Source of the DNA: Hemiscyllium ocellatum
Lineage: Eukaryota
Assembly: GCF_020745735.1 (NCBI RefSeq)
Contig: NC_083408.1
Coordinates: forward strand, 26,690,484 to 26,754,483
Length of the DNA stretch: 64,000 nucleotides
Direction of reading: 5' to 3'
Each line of letters starts with the position of its first letter. Positions within the stretch are counted from its first letter, which is position 1. The notes beneath the pieces were generated by a model. It worked only from the letters and a program-made list of their open reading frames with translations. It was not told the DNA's origin and did no database searches. Of this stretch, positions 1-12,969 are shown in pieces. The position numbers and the translations under genes are program-made.

Positions 1-1186
1 ATGTTGTTAGTTTTTGCAGTATCCAGTGCCTTCAGCCTGCCTTGAAGCTATGTAGAGTGAATTGAAAAGAAAGACGACGAGCATTGGTGATATTGGGCAT
101 CTCTGGAGAGAGCCAAGATAGAACATCCTACTTCTGACTCAATATGATGGAAAATACTTCAGCCTCTTGCACTGATATGCTGGGCTCCCATCATCGAGGA
201 TATTTGTGAAACCTTCAATGAGTTTAACTGCCCAGTACCATTCACGACTGGATGTGGCTGGACTGAACTCTATCCTATCACTTGCTGTCACAATTTGGCA
301 TACAAGTTCTCCTAGTAGAAAGCGAGGACTGCAGATGCTGGAGATCAGAGTCAAGAGTATGGTGCTACAAAAGCACAGCATATCAGGCAGCATCTGAGGC
401 GCAGGCGAATCGAAGTTTTGGGCAAGGGCTTACGTTCGAAACATCAATTCTCCTGCTCCTCAGATGCTGCCTGACATACAAGTACTCCTGTTTGGTAGCT
501 TCACCAGGTGGACACCTAATTTTTAGGTATGTCTGGTCCTATTCCCAGCAAGCCCTGTTGCACTCTTCATTGAACCAGGGCTGACCCCCTTGATGGTAAT
601 GATTATAGATTGTAGTTGAATACAGTTCTGCTGCTGCTGCTGATGGCCCACAGTGCTTGCATTGCTAGATCTGTTCAAAATCTGTCCTATTCAGCACAAT
701 GGTTGTGCCACACAACACGATGGATGGGACTTTGTATCAAAAAAGGCTGTGCAGTGCTCATTCCTACCAATACTGTTTGATGCATCTGCTGCAGGTTGAC
801 TGACAAGGATGAGGTTATGTTTTCTCTTTTGTCGGTTCCCTCACCAATGTGTCAACCCACGTAAAAGTAAAGTGGCCATAGTCTCAGAAGACCACTCTCT
901 CATTACAGAGAGAGACATTGGTGGTGGTTTAACCTGAGGGTCACTCCAGCAGAGGCGAGGGGAGAGGTTGATAAGGACAGTCCTTCATGGCAACCTCAGC
1001 CGGTGCGGGTGTGCCAACCACACCGTTGGCAGTGTTCTGCATCACAAAGCAGCTAAGAGTCCAGCTAACTGAGCTAATCAACCCTCACTATCTGCCATAG
1101 ACACAGTCTGGAAGGTTTGTTCTTCAAATCAGAGGCTGGGAATTTGTGGAACTTACAGCATATAGAGTACAATATTGTACATGCCA

Positions 1187-1515
1187 ATTAGATTAGATTA
1201 CATACAGATTAGATTACTTTCAGTGTGGAAACACGCCCTTCGGCCCAACCAGTCCACACCGACCCACCAAAGCGCAACCCACCCATACCCCTACATTTAC
1301 CCCTTATCTAACACTACGGCCAATTTAGCATGGCCAATTCACCTGACCTGCACATCTTTGGACTGTGGGATGAAACCGGAGCACCCGGAGGAAACCCACG
1401 CAGACACAGGGAGAATGTGCAAACTCCACACAGTCAGTCGCCTGAGTTGGGAATTGAACCCGGGTCTCTGGCGCTGTGAGGCAGCAATGCCAACCACTGT
1501 GCCACCGTGCCGCCC
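1187..1515 (-). mobile_element. HE1-like tRNA-derived V-SINE
   Basis: Minus-strand head GGGCGGCACGGTGGCACAGTGG with A/B boxes, V-domain GTGTGGAGTTTGCACATTCTCCC, (TCTAA)n tail. Confidence 0.88.
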
Positions 1516-3251
1516 AAAATGTCAACTCTTTGAAAGAATTACCCAACCAATCCCACTGCGCCACTTTCCCCACAGCCTTGCAATGAATAATTTTTTTAAA
1601 AACACTTGCAGTTTGTCATCTGCTGGTTCGAGCAAATCAGTGTCCTGCGATGCTTGGCACCTTGCCTGGGTATGGCCATTTAAGATGTGACTTGAGATCT
1701 AGTTTGTAACATTGGTGAGATCATGTTTGTGCATTATACTGAAAGGAGTTGACAATCATTGTGGGACTTTTCAGTGAGTTTTCCAACATGAATATCTTTG
1801 TATTTGCATTTTGAAAGTTACCTATAACTGTTAAGTATTCTTCTACTCAAGAAACTAACCTCTTTGTTAAAAGAATTCCTTTAACAGTAGTTTGTGGCAG
1901 ACTGATACATTCTAACACATTGTAGTATAACCATCCTTCTAAGGTCTCAGCTAATTCTTTGATCTTTCTCTTAAACTACTTGTTATTGTCTCACTGAGAA
2001 GTTGAATTAACCTCAGGAAAATTGTTTATCATCTTGCTGAAATCTGTCTGGTCACATAGCCTTTCCAGCTTTATTCCAAAAAAAAAAACAAAAATCTGCA
2101 GCCTCTATTTTAGCTACTCCAATCTTGATCCTTTCCTAATGATTTTATAACTGTACCAAGGAAATTTTGAAGGGTTTATCTGTTTGTCCAGTTGTGGGCT
2201 TTGCTAGTCAAGCTGCTATTTATCGCCCTTACCAAGTTGTACTGAAGCAAATCATTGTGAATCTTCTTGAAATGCCTTATTAAAGCCCAAGATTCTCCTA
2301 CAGTGTGTTCGGTAGGAACTTGCATTTATATAGCACCTTTAACACAGTAAAGTGTCCCAAGGCCTTTTTGCACAGAGATATTACCAGACAAAACTTGACA
2401 CGGATTCAAGACAAAATGTTATAAGAGGTGAGAAAAGCATGGTCAGAGAGAAGATTTTAAGAAGCACCTTGAAGAGAGTGAGGTTGAGAGACAGAGGGGT
2501 TTAAAGAGGGAATTCCAGAATATAGGATCCGTGTAGCCACCAGTGATAGAGTGATGAACATCACGTGTATAAAAATCGAGGATTGGAGGAGAGCAGAAAT
2601 GTCAGAGATAGGCAGGGAGAGATTTAAAAACAAGGATTAGAATTTTAATATGCTTGACTGGGAGTCAATGTATGTGCAAGGGAACAATGAAGGAATGTTT
2701 TCAATCCAAGACAGGATGTTGCGGTATGGGACTGATGGTATTCCCATGAAATTGCTGACCTTATAGGAGCCCATAATCAAATGCTTTCTGAAACTCTTTT
2801 CAATCACAATTCCCCATACCTTTCTTTTCACTTCTCCATATGTTGATCTGGTTTCTTCCTTAATTGTTATCACCGAATTCCAAGCTTATAAATGTGTAAA
2901 GAGGCTTTTTCCAGTCTCAGACCTAAATGAAGTCAGACCTATATGCATTGAATCTTATATCTATAGCTTCTGTTTCCTCATCCCTCAACTCTATTTATCC
3001 CTGCAAAACATTTTCTATGAATGCATATAAGTACAAAGACAGAGGCTCCAACCTGTTACACTGACAGACTCGATCCACATTTTGTACAAATTTGACAAAA
3101 TAAATCAATAATTTAATCACTTTCCCAGATTTGAATGCTTTTACTCTTTGTGCAAAAGGTGACAGAAGAACAGTTCACGAGAGCTGTCCAAATCTGATTG
3201 TTGCATCAGGAGCAATTTGGAGTTGAAAAGTAGCTCTGAGAAATCAGAGAC

Positions 3252-3443
3252 ATGGAAGGAAGGTCTGGGAGCAGGAAGACAGCCAAGCACATGGATAAAT
3301 CCAGCAATGTTCTCTCGAAGGAAGATCCTGATGGTAATTTACCCAGTATTCTGGTGAACCACTACCAGTTTTGTGGCTATGACTTGGAGATCACTCGGTA
3401 CTTGAATGAAAGAATGGGTGTCTCAGCTTTCGTCTGGAACAGT
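3252..3443 (+). CDS. EEF1A lysine methyltransferase 3-like (METTL21 family), coding exon 1
   Basis: ATG at 3252. Encodes YQFCGYDLEITRYLNERMGVSAFVWNS, resembling EEF1AKMT3 [27 protein letters not shown]. Donor GTAAGT at 3444, phase 0. Possible upstream acceptor tttcccag ending at 3128. Confidence 0.85.
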
Positions 3444-4166
3444 GTAAGTTTAAAGAACTTTTGTATTAACCTAGCTTGGGGAAACTAGTCAATATTTACA
3501 TCTTACATTACCTGAGAAAAACTGCAGCGTCTTCATAGAAGATATTGCAAATACTCAACAGGTCGGGCGGTACCCTTGGAGAAAGAGAGACTTAATATTT
3601 CAGGTCAGCAATGACTGATCAGAATTAGGACATGTTGGAGATATAACAGGTTTAAACAAATGCAAGCAAGTGGGAAATGAGACAAGGAGGAACCAAAAGG
3701 GAAGTCTATAAGGGAAGGAAAGCAGGAGAGATTAAATAACAAGAGGAATGATAGTCCAAAGCAAAAGGAGCTGGTAGTTCATTGGACATTGAATTCAATT
3801 AGCTTTATTGACACATATACTCACATGGGTACAGTGAAAAGTTTATAAGTCACCTTAGACACAAAGGTACCTATGTATAGATTGAGTACAAATTTTTAGG
3901 TTAAAAACTCAAAAATAAATTAATAAAAATTTCAGCAGTACAGACTTTCAAAAGTACTGAAATCAAGTCTTACTATTCTTGGTGTTTAAAAGTCTGCAGA
4001 ATTTCCCAACTTACTTGTCTTTTTGTCCCAGATTGGCAGAAACCATAAACTAGGTTCCTATCCTTAATAAAAGTTACAATTTGATACAAAATAATGCTTT
4101 CTAACCATAGGTAAACAATTGTAAACTATTAACATATAACTTACTGGTTAAATAACCATAAACTTT

Positions 4167-4173
<7 letters not shown>

Positions 4174-4217
<44 letters not shown>
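4174..4217. repeat. (CA)n microsatellite
   Basis: About 22 perfect CA units. Confidence 0.97.
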
Positions 4218-4219
<2 letters not shown>

Positions 4220-5706
4220 TATGGGTGAAGGGGAAGACTGGGAAGGCAGTTCACTGGCCCTAGTACACAGGGTTTTTTTCTGAGATGATCCTTTTACTGT
4301 TCAGAATGCTGATTCTCAATCTTCCTTCTGTAGGTACTTTCACTTGTTTTCAGAATGCTGAGGGTGACTGGTACACACTTATAAAAGATTTATTAATTTT
4401 AAAAAATCACAGCTTGCAGCAACTGATTAGGGGAAACAAACTGGCTGTCTTCAGGCATGAGATACTTTTTACTGCAGAGCAAAAACATGGTTCCTTCTCT
4501 TCCAGATAGCCCCTGAACATTTACATCCCCAACCTATTCAGCTATTTAGGAGTCAATCTCATAGTTGGTACGGGCAGGGAGTCTTTGTTATTGATAACTA
4601 GTCACTATTTCACTGACCAATCCTGTTGTCAGAAAAATCTCCATTTGTACACAGCCTCTGGCTCCAGTTCATCTGGAACCAAACTTTCTACCTTCGCTTG
4701 AACAAGCAGCTGTGTAAACAACACTCACAATGAGTGTCTGGTAACTTGCTTTTAGAAAGTGCAGTAAATCTACAATAATCCTCGTCTTTTAAATTTTGAT
4801 TTCAGTCCACAATCAAAAAATTAGAAATAAAAGAGGATTATAGGCTTTACAACAAGTAAAACATTAAATGGTAGATCTACAAATTTCCCTCAGTAGAAAA
4901 GGCCCTTTCTTTCCTGCTCGTATCTTAATGTACACCCATTTTATATCTTTTTTTTTAAACCAACATTAACAATATTTTGTCTGTTGCATTGGGCCTCTAC
5001 GCCTTCTGTTCCCTTTGCCCCACCTCTATTTCTGTCAGAAGTATTAAACATGCATTTTCTAATGTCTTTCACTTCTGAAGAAGTCACACTGGACTCAAAA
5101 TGTTAACTCCGTTTGTCTATCCACATATGTGTTGAATTTCTCTAGAATCCCATGTATTTGTCTGTGATGTGAGCAGGATGCCTGCAGAGGCAGGAAGTGG
5201 CCCTGAAATGATTACTTAAGTGACTCAATTGGACATTTGGCAACTAATCTGCCAACTGTTGGCAAAATGGCAGTAGGAAGGCATCATGCATGACACTCCA
5301 TTCCTGCCTGTCATGTTTCCAACTACCAGAGGGCTCATAAAACTCTGACAGTTTTGTCAATACCTTCTGATTCCTGAATCCTCCTCCAATGGGCACACTT
5401 TCTCTAGACCTACTCTATATTGATTCCTTATGGTTTTGATCACTCTTATATCTTTTCCCAATATTCTAATTTTTAAGAAGATCAACCCCAGCTTCTGTAA
5501 TATATCCCCATTAAATCTAAGCCTTCATCTGTAGAACCATTCCTATAAATCTTTTCATATCCTCTCTAAAGGGTTTAGTTTCTTCTTAAGGTGTGGTGTT
5601 TAGAATTGGATTTAATAATTCAGTTGAAGCTGAAGATGTGTTTAATAAAGGTTATCATAATCTCTTGGTTTTCACCCTAGTTACAAGTCCCAAAATCACA
5701 TATGTT

Positions 5707-5922
5707 GGGTCTTCCTAAAGTGGTGTTTGGGACCCCAAGTGGAGTTGCATGCAGTAATTTGGAGGTTGCAATCTCCAAGGTAGCAATAGCCCTTGCGGAG
5801 CTATACTCCTGCCCTAACAAACAGCCACCCATTCTCACAGGCATAACCCTCAGTTCTCATTGAATGGGTCCCTTTCAAGCCTAGTATTCAGGTCACAATG
5901 GGAAAAGGTTTGGGAAGCACTG
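5707..5922. mobile_element. Possible hAT/Charlie-type MITE remnant
   Basis: The right end reads CAGTGCTTCCCAAAC on the minus strand. The left end is a degenerate match (GGGTCTTCCTAAAGTG). Confidence 0.3.
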
Positions 5923-8544
5923 CCTAAGCCTCTATGACCATTGGCTCAATGTGCTTGTCACCATCAACAATCAGCTATCTCTTTTGCTGTATTATGTTTT
6001 AGAATTGTACCCTTTATTTCCCATTGTCTGTAATTCTTATGAGAAAAATGTATCACTTCAAACTTCTTTGGGTTAAATTTCCTCAGCAAAGTGTTTACCC
6101 ATTCCACCAATCCTTTTGAAGACTGTCACTATCCTCCTCACTGTTCACAATACGTCTAGTTTTCACTTACCTACAGATCTTGAAAAGTGTTCCTGTAGAC
6201 CAAAGTGTATTTCATTGATATGTACTAAGAAAAATAGTGGTCCTAGTGCCAGACCCTGTGGAGCCCCGTATTTATCTCCTTCTAACCTAAAACACAACAG
6301 ATTCCCACTACTCTTTCACATCACCTGCATTACCCCCATTGATCCTCTCTGTAACTTCATCAAAACTTTCAGTCTCATTAGTTAAACATGCTTTGAACAA
6401 ATCCAGGCTGGTTTAATTAAACTCATTTGTCCAAGTGATTGTTAATTGTGTCCGAACTATTGCTTCTAACTGCCTTCTCCAATCACCAAAGTTAAACTGA
6501 CTGGGCTGTAGTTGCAGGATTTAACTTTACAATCTTTTCTGAACAAGGGTGTAATATTTGTAAGCTTAGCACCACCCATATTTAAGCAACATTGAAAGGT
6601 TATAACCATGCCTACTTACTTCGGTATCTTTGATACATCCCATTCAGCCCTGTGATTTATCAATGTTACTACAGTCAATCTTTCTAATAACTTGTTTATT
6701 ACTCTATCCAGTTTCTACCTTTCCCTTTCATGATAACTTGGAAACATCTTTCTGCTTGGGAAGGACAGATGCATTTATTTAGAAACAAAGTCAGAAATTG
6801 CTGGAAAAACTCAGCAGGTCTGGCAGCATTTGTGGAGAGAAAGCAGAGTTAACGTTTCAGGTTCAGTGATCCTTCTTTACAGCTGATTGTAGCTGGGAAA
6901 AGGTTGTTAATGTATGCTGAAGCTGGGGTGAGGGTGGGAGGTTAGGGAAGAGAAGTAAACTATAGGTAGTGGTAGAAAGAGAGGGAGAGAACAATAGTTT
7001 AGCAGACAAAGGAATGGGTAATAGTCAGCCTAGAAGAATCGCAAGCTACTAATGGAGACCTTTAGTACCTGAAAATGAGTTTGTTTGTGATAACAGCCCA
7101 TGTGATGACAAGGCCTGTTGTACACTGGTTGCGCTAAGGATAAGGGAGAAGGTGCTCTGACCCTAAAATTATTGAACTTGACATTAAGTCCTAAAGACAG
7201 CAGGGTTCCCAAGCAAAAAAATAGGATGAGCATTTTTCCTACAATTTCTGTTTTTGTTTCTGAAATCTGCTGGAAAGTTGTAGTTCTTCGGGTTTATTCA
7301 TTTAGAACCTCAGCCATGCCCTCTGCTTCTTTGTGTAGATCCATCTTTTTTTGTCCTAATAAAGCCCACTTCTCATCTTGCTACTTTTTTTGCTATTTAT
7401 ATGCCTGTAGAAGACTTTTCACTTAGCTGCCAGTTTCTTCTCATACTCTAGCTTGTTATAATCCCCATAGAGACTGATGATGTTTACAAAGGGATTTGAA
7501 CTTCCAGTGACTGGCTTAAAGGATTACGTGTGATTTCAAGTTTCAAGATTTTAATGTAATATATGAACTAAACACAACATTGACTATTTTCGCAGATAAC
7601 ATGTAGTTTAGATCACAGAAAATATCCCTCCTCATTTAACTTTTAAAATGGCCAAAACTCCCCATCCATAATTACACTTCACCCTGTCCTAGTAGCAACA
7701 CTGATTAACTGTCCTCTAGTAGTCAAACTCCATTTTAGCTTGAAATTCAAGAGGCAATTAAAGTATAACTGTTTATAAAACCTGATACATTGTAGTTCCA
7801 TATTGTTTGTATTTTATAGACTAGTCCTCCTCTCAATTCTTTACACTTTTACCATCCCATTCTATATTAGGATAAAATTAAAAATCACACATCACCAAGT
7901 TATAGTCCAACAGGTTTATTTGGAAGCACCCCAGTCCAAAACAGGCACCTCCAAGTTATATATTAGGCTAATTTAAGTTAATCATAAATGTGTGCATTCT
8001 CTATAATTTCCTTGCAAGTTTCCTCCTCTACATTTTTCGTACTAGTTTATGCCCTTTGCAATACATAGTGTAATTGTATCTCTACCATTTAACTTGAACC
8101 AATCGGATCCTGTTATTGGACTTCCCTAGGACAACCTCTCTCTAGCACTGGAATATAATCCTTAACTAATGAAAGCCATTCCCGCCCCATCCGTTTTCTT
8201 TCTCATATGGATATCTACACGAAAGCTCATCAACTTTATTTATTACATATGTGTATTTACATATGTGCACAGTTATTATATTCCCCTGAATCTGACCCCA
8301 CTTAATAGAACATAGAACATAGAACAGTACAGCACAGAATAGGCCCTTCAGCCCACAATATTGTGTGTGCTATGTGTCTCTCCTACCTGACAAAGGAGCA
8401 GTGCTCTGAAAGCTTGTAGGTTCAAATAAACTGTTGGACCCTGACCTGGTGTTGTGTGATTTTCAACTTGGTCCACCCAAGTCTAACACTGGCATCTCCA
8501 TGTTATCTCTCCTAATCATTCTCGCAACTCCTTTTTTCAAATTC

Positions 8545-8855
8545 AATCAAGGGTGAGGGCATCGCTGCCCACGCCAAGATTTATTGACCATCCCTAATTG
8601 TTAAGAGTAAGCCACATTGCTGTGGGTCTGGATTCACATGTAGGCCAGAAGGATGGCAATTTCCTTCCCTAAAGGGCATTAATGAACTAGATGGGTTTTT
8701 CCTGACAATCAACAATGGATTCATAGTCATCATTAGAGTCTTAATTCCAGATACTTATTCAATTCAAATTCCACCATCTGCCACAGCGGGATTCGAACCC
8801 AGCTGCCCAGAACATTACTTGGGTCTCTGGATTAACAGTCCAGCGTTAATACCAC
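8545..8855 (-). mobile_element. DeuSINE (SacSINE1-like) remnant
   Basis: Minus strand carries the Deu-domain-like AAAACCCATCTAGTTCATTAATGCCCTTTAGGGAAGGAAA and a tRNA-like head. A related copy lies at about 22740-23050 (+). Confidence 0.6.
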
Positions 8856-8959
8856 TTCATTAAACTACATCTTGCTTCCAATTTCCCTGCCAAAGTAGTT
8901 TGAACTCTTCCCAACAGCACTAACAATCCACCCTTCTCGAATTGTCCTGCTCTTTTTTT

Positions 8960-9257
8960 TTAGATTAGACTTACAGTGTGGAAACAGGCCCTTCGGCCCA
9001 ACAAGTCCACACTGACCCGCCGAAGCGCAACCCACCCATACCCCTAACCTAACACTATGGGCAATTTAGCTTGGCCAATTCACCTGACCTGCACATCTTT
9101 GTGACTGTGGGAGGAAACCGGAGCACCCGGAGGAAACCCACGCAGACACGGGAGAACGTGCAAACTCCACACAGTCAGTCGCCTGAGTCGGGAATTGAAC
9201 CCGGGTCTACAGGCGCTGTGAGGCAGCAGTGCTAACCACTGTGCCACCGTGCCGCCC
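8960..9257 (-). mobile_element. HE1-like V-SINE (young copy)
   Basis: Full-length with CpGs intact. Nearly identical to 52458-52763. Confidence 0.9.
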
Positions 9258-10359
9258 ACATCTTGTTGGTCAAAGATCTATCGAACTCAACTTTGAATGT
9301 ATACAATAACCTGGCCTCTACTACAGTCAAGGTCTGAGACTCTAAAACCCACTAAAAGAAGAAACCTCTCATTTCCATCTTAAATCTAGCCTCTGACTCA
9401 AGCTGACTGAATCATTCTTATTGCTCCTCTCTAAGCTCTCCATAAATTACCAAACTCATTTTAACAGTGTTTAGATGTATATAGAAGTCTCGAATGCATA
9501 ACATAAAAGAGTTGTGGAAGCCCTAACAATAGCAACTTTACAAAGAGAATGGAATAAATTCTTAGTTATTATTCTGAAATTGTGCTCCCCGGTCCTAGAT
9601 TCCCTCAAGGAAGTCCAGCATGGAAACCCGAGTGTTATGTTTTCCCGAATACGGAAAGAGGTCATTAAAGAGATAGGGTACACTATAGTCAGAGTTTGCC
9701 AGGAATCTTCTAACATAAGGCCTCAAAAATCTAAAGCGTTGGGAAGGGTACATTCATCCAGAAGACAGAACAAAAGGATAAATCATACCATAATAGGCTG
9801 CTTCGTCATTACATCACAAGAAAACAGGCATTCTGCCTCAAAAGTTTAATGCTGGTGTTTATGCTCCATGTGAGCACCATTAAACTGGAAAGAGTGCAAA
9901 AAAGATTGACAAGGATATTAACAAGACTGTGCTTGTATGGAAAGAGTTGCCAGAGGAAGCAGTATAGTTATGTAAAATTGCAACATTTAAAAGACATTTG
10001 GGCGGTACGTGGATAAGGAAAGTTTAGAGGGATAAGAGCCAAATGCTGGTATATGGGAAAGGTCAGTTTAGGAAACCTGGTCAGCAATGAGTTGGGCCAA
10101 AGGGCCTGATTCACAGCTCTCTTCCCCAAATCCTATCAGCATAACCTTTTATTCCTTTTTCATTCACAAGCTTATCCATTTTGCAATGCCTTACATCCAA
10201 AACATACTAAGTCATAGCTCAAGAGTGGAAAAATGCAGGGAGAGTAGATAATTGGATCGCTCTTTCAAACAGCTGGTAGAGGTGTATGGTTTGAATTGTT
10301 TCCTTATTCTCTGTATGTTAAAACTCCTGTTCTATCGCTGCACCTGCATGACAGTAAAT

Positions 10360-11515
10360 TCATAGAGCCATAGAGATGTATAGCACAGAAACAGACCCTT
10401 CATTCCAACTTGTCCATGCCGACTATATATACTAAGTTAATCTAGTCCCATTTGCCAACAGTTGTCCCAAATCCCTGCATACCCTTCCTATTCATGTATC
10501 CATTCCTGAAGAAGGGCTCATGCCCGAAACATCAATTCTCCTGCTCCTCGGATGCTGCCTGGCCTACTGTGTTTTTCCAGCACTACATTTTTGAACTCTG
10601 GTCTCCAGCATCTGCAATCCTCACTTTCTCCTATTCATGTACCCATTCAGATACCTTTTAAATATTGTAATTGTACCAGGTTCCACCACTTCCTCTGGCA
10701 GCTCATTCCGTACATGTACCACCCTTTGTGTGAAAATATTGCACCTCAGGTCCCTTTTAAATCTTTCCCTCTCACCATGACCTTATGCCCTCTAGGTTTG
10801 GACACTCCTACCCTGGGAAAAAGATCTTGACTATTCACCCTAACCAAGCCCCTCACAATTTTATAATCACCTATAAATTCACCCCTCAGCCTCCAACACT
10901 CCAGGGAAAATACGCCTAGTCTGTTGAGCTTCTCCTGATAGCTCAAACCCTCAACCCTGCCAACATCTTTGTAAATCTTTTTTGCACCTTTCCAAGTTTA
11001 ACATCTTTCCTATTAGCAAGGAGACCAGAATTGAATACAGTATTCCAAAAGTGGCTTAGCTAATGTCATGTCCAGCCACAGCATGACATCCCAACTCCTA
11101 TACTCAATGTTTTTCAGGTGATAGTGGACTATCAGTGCAATCACCTGATGAAGGAGCGTCGCTCCGAAAGCTGGTGTGCTTCCGATTAAACTTGTTGGAC
11201 TAGAACCTGGTGTTGTGTGATTTTTAACTTTGTACACCCCAGTTCAACACCAGCATCTCCAAATCCTGATCATTTAAAGAAATGTACTTAAGGTCTTCTT
11301 CACTACCCTGTCTACCTTTGACTCCACCTTCAAGGAGGTATGAACCTGCACCCCAAGGTCTCTTTGTTCAGTAACACTCCCTAGGACCCTGCCATTAAGT
11401 GTACAAGTCCAGCCCTGATTTGTCTTACCAAAAGCAACACCTCACATTTATCTAAATTAAATTTCATCTGCTTTTCCTCGGCTCAATGGCCCATCTAGTC
11501 AAGGTTCTATTGTAA
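10360..11515 (-). mobile_element. CR1 3' fragment containing two nested Penelope-derived inserts
   Basis: LEYCIQFWSP and LNRLGVFSLE...RLRG motifs plus the CR1 3' UTR. Confidence 0.82.
10502..10536 (+). ncRNA. Minimal hammerhead-ribozyme motif in a Penelope pLTR-derived insert
   Basis: CTGAAGA-A-GGGC-TCAT-GCCC-GAAA-CA-TC. Confidence 0.55.
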
Positions 11516-11706
11516 CTAGATGAAGTGTTAACTGCATCTCCATAGCGTGATTTTTGAGAATGGTTGGAAATCCATCCTGCTCTGCACTAGGTTATGGGGT
11601 CCATGCCACTCACTGCCCACTACTACATTGCTACCTGATGTTTTGTTACAACGATGTGCCCAAACTAATTCTGACTTCAATGGATGTTGACCTTTGCTTT
11701 CCTCAG

Positions 11707-11818
11707 GGCCTCACTCTCTGCCAGTTCTTCCAGCAGGAGAGGATCAATTTCTCTGGGATGAAGGTGCTTGAGTTAGGATCTGGCACTGGGATCGTGGGAA
11801 TTCTGGCAGCTTTGCTGG
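11707..11818 (+). CDS. EEF1AKMT3-like, coding exon 2 (SAM-binding motif I)
   Basis: Acceptor cctcag. Encodes GLTLCQFFQQERINFSGMKVLELGSGTGIVGILAALL. Donor GTGAGT at 11819. 112 nt, phase 0 to 1. Confidence 0.92.
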
Positions 11819-12645
11819 GTGAGTTAAAGGGCCATTGTCAACCCAATATAATTGCCTTACTGATGTGGAAAAGGTATAGTAACCGGACAAGTCCCATGAA
11901 TTACCAGAAAATGCATTTTCGCGTTTGCCACCACAGATTAATATGTTCAAAGACCCCCCCCCTCCGCTATGCTTTATGTTTTGGACAATTAAAAGGGGAG
12001 CATTCGTCTAGACAATCAGGCTCCTGTTGGGAGAATGCATCAACTAAAGATCAGCATTTCTTGCGGTCAGAATCAAACCCCTTAGTGGAGCGAAACCCTG
12101 ATCTCAACTCTCCATCCCCTGATCAGTTGCTTACATGGGATGGGTGGGGACTCGAGTGGCCAACTCTGATTTAAGGTAATCTGGAAAATTTGTCACATGA
12201 CCAATTCCCACCAACCACCCTGACCCTACACTCCCAATATACCAACAGGTGCTTTTGAAGTTATGTTCCATGATAGAAACACGACAGGCAATTTACACAA
12301 GGCAGTCCCACTTAGACTTTCACTGTAATCTAAGGTTATACAGAGCAAGTGCTGGCTGAGATCTGTGCGTGAATTCTGTGAATGGGATTCTGAATTAATC
12401 TCACACACGGTCTGACAATTTCTGCCTGCCACAGGCTCTTGTCCTATAACACACTCACTCACTCATTCTCTCTCTGCTTTCTGTCAGCCTTGAGGTGCTT
12501 TTGGGTCAGAAGGTTATGGGTTCAAGTCCCCTCTAGACCTGTGAGCACAAAACCCATAACATTTTTATGCAGGAATGAGGAAGTGCTACCTGACACAGTA
12601 AACCAAAGGCTCAATTTACTCTTCCTGGTTAAAATAGGCTCAGGT

Positions 12646-12969
12646 GGACGACATGGTGGCTCAGTGGCTAGCACTGCTACCTCACAGCACTAGGATCCCA
12701 GGTTTGATTCCAGCCTCAGGCGACTGTCTGTGTGGAGTTTGCACATTCTCCCCGTGTCTGCGTGGGTTTCCTCTGGGTGCTCCGGTTTCCTCCCATAGTC
12801 CAAAGATGTACAGGTCAGGTGAATTGGCCATGCTAAATTGCCCGTAGTGTTAGGTGCATTGGTCAGAAGGAAATGGGTCTGGGTGGGTTACTCTTCGGAG
12901 GGTCGGTGTGGACTGGTTGGGCCGAAGGGCCTGTTTCCACACTGTAGGGAATCTAATCTAATCTAATCT
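12646..12969 (+). mobile_element. HE1-like V-SINE
   Basis: tRNA head TGGCTCAGTGGCTAGCAC, V-domain, (TCTAA)n tail. Confidence 0.88.

Noticed and set aside
1175-1690. 171-aa ORF and similar ORFs over SINEs
   Set aside because: Translations of HE1 SINE sequence, not genes.
12646-12720. tRNA-like A/B-box sequence
   Set aside because: SINE head, not a tRNA gene. It is followed by the V-domain and tail.
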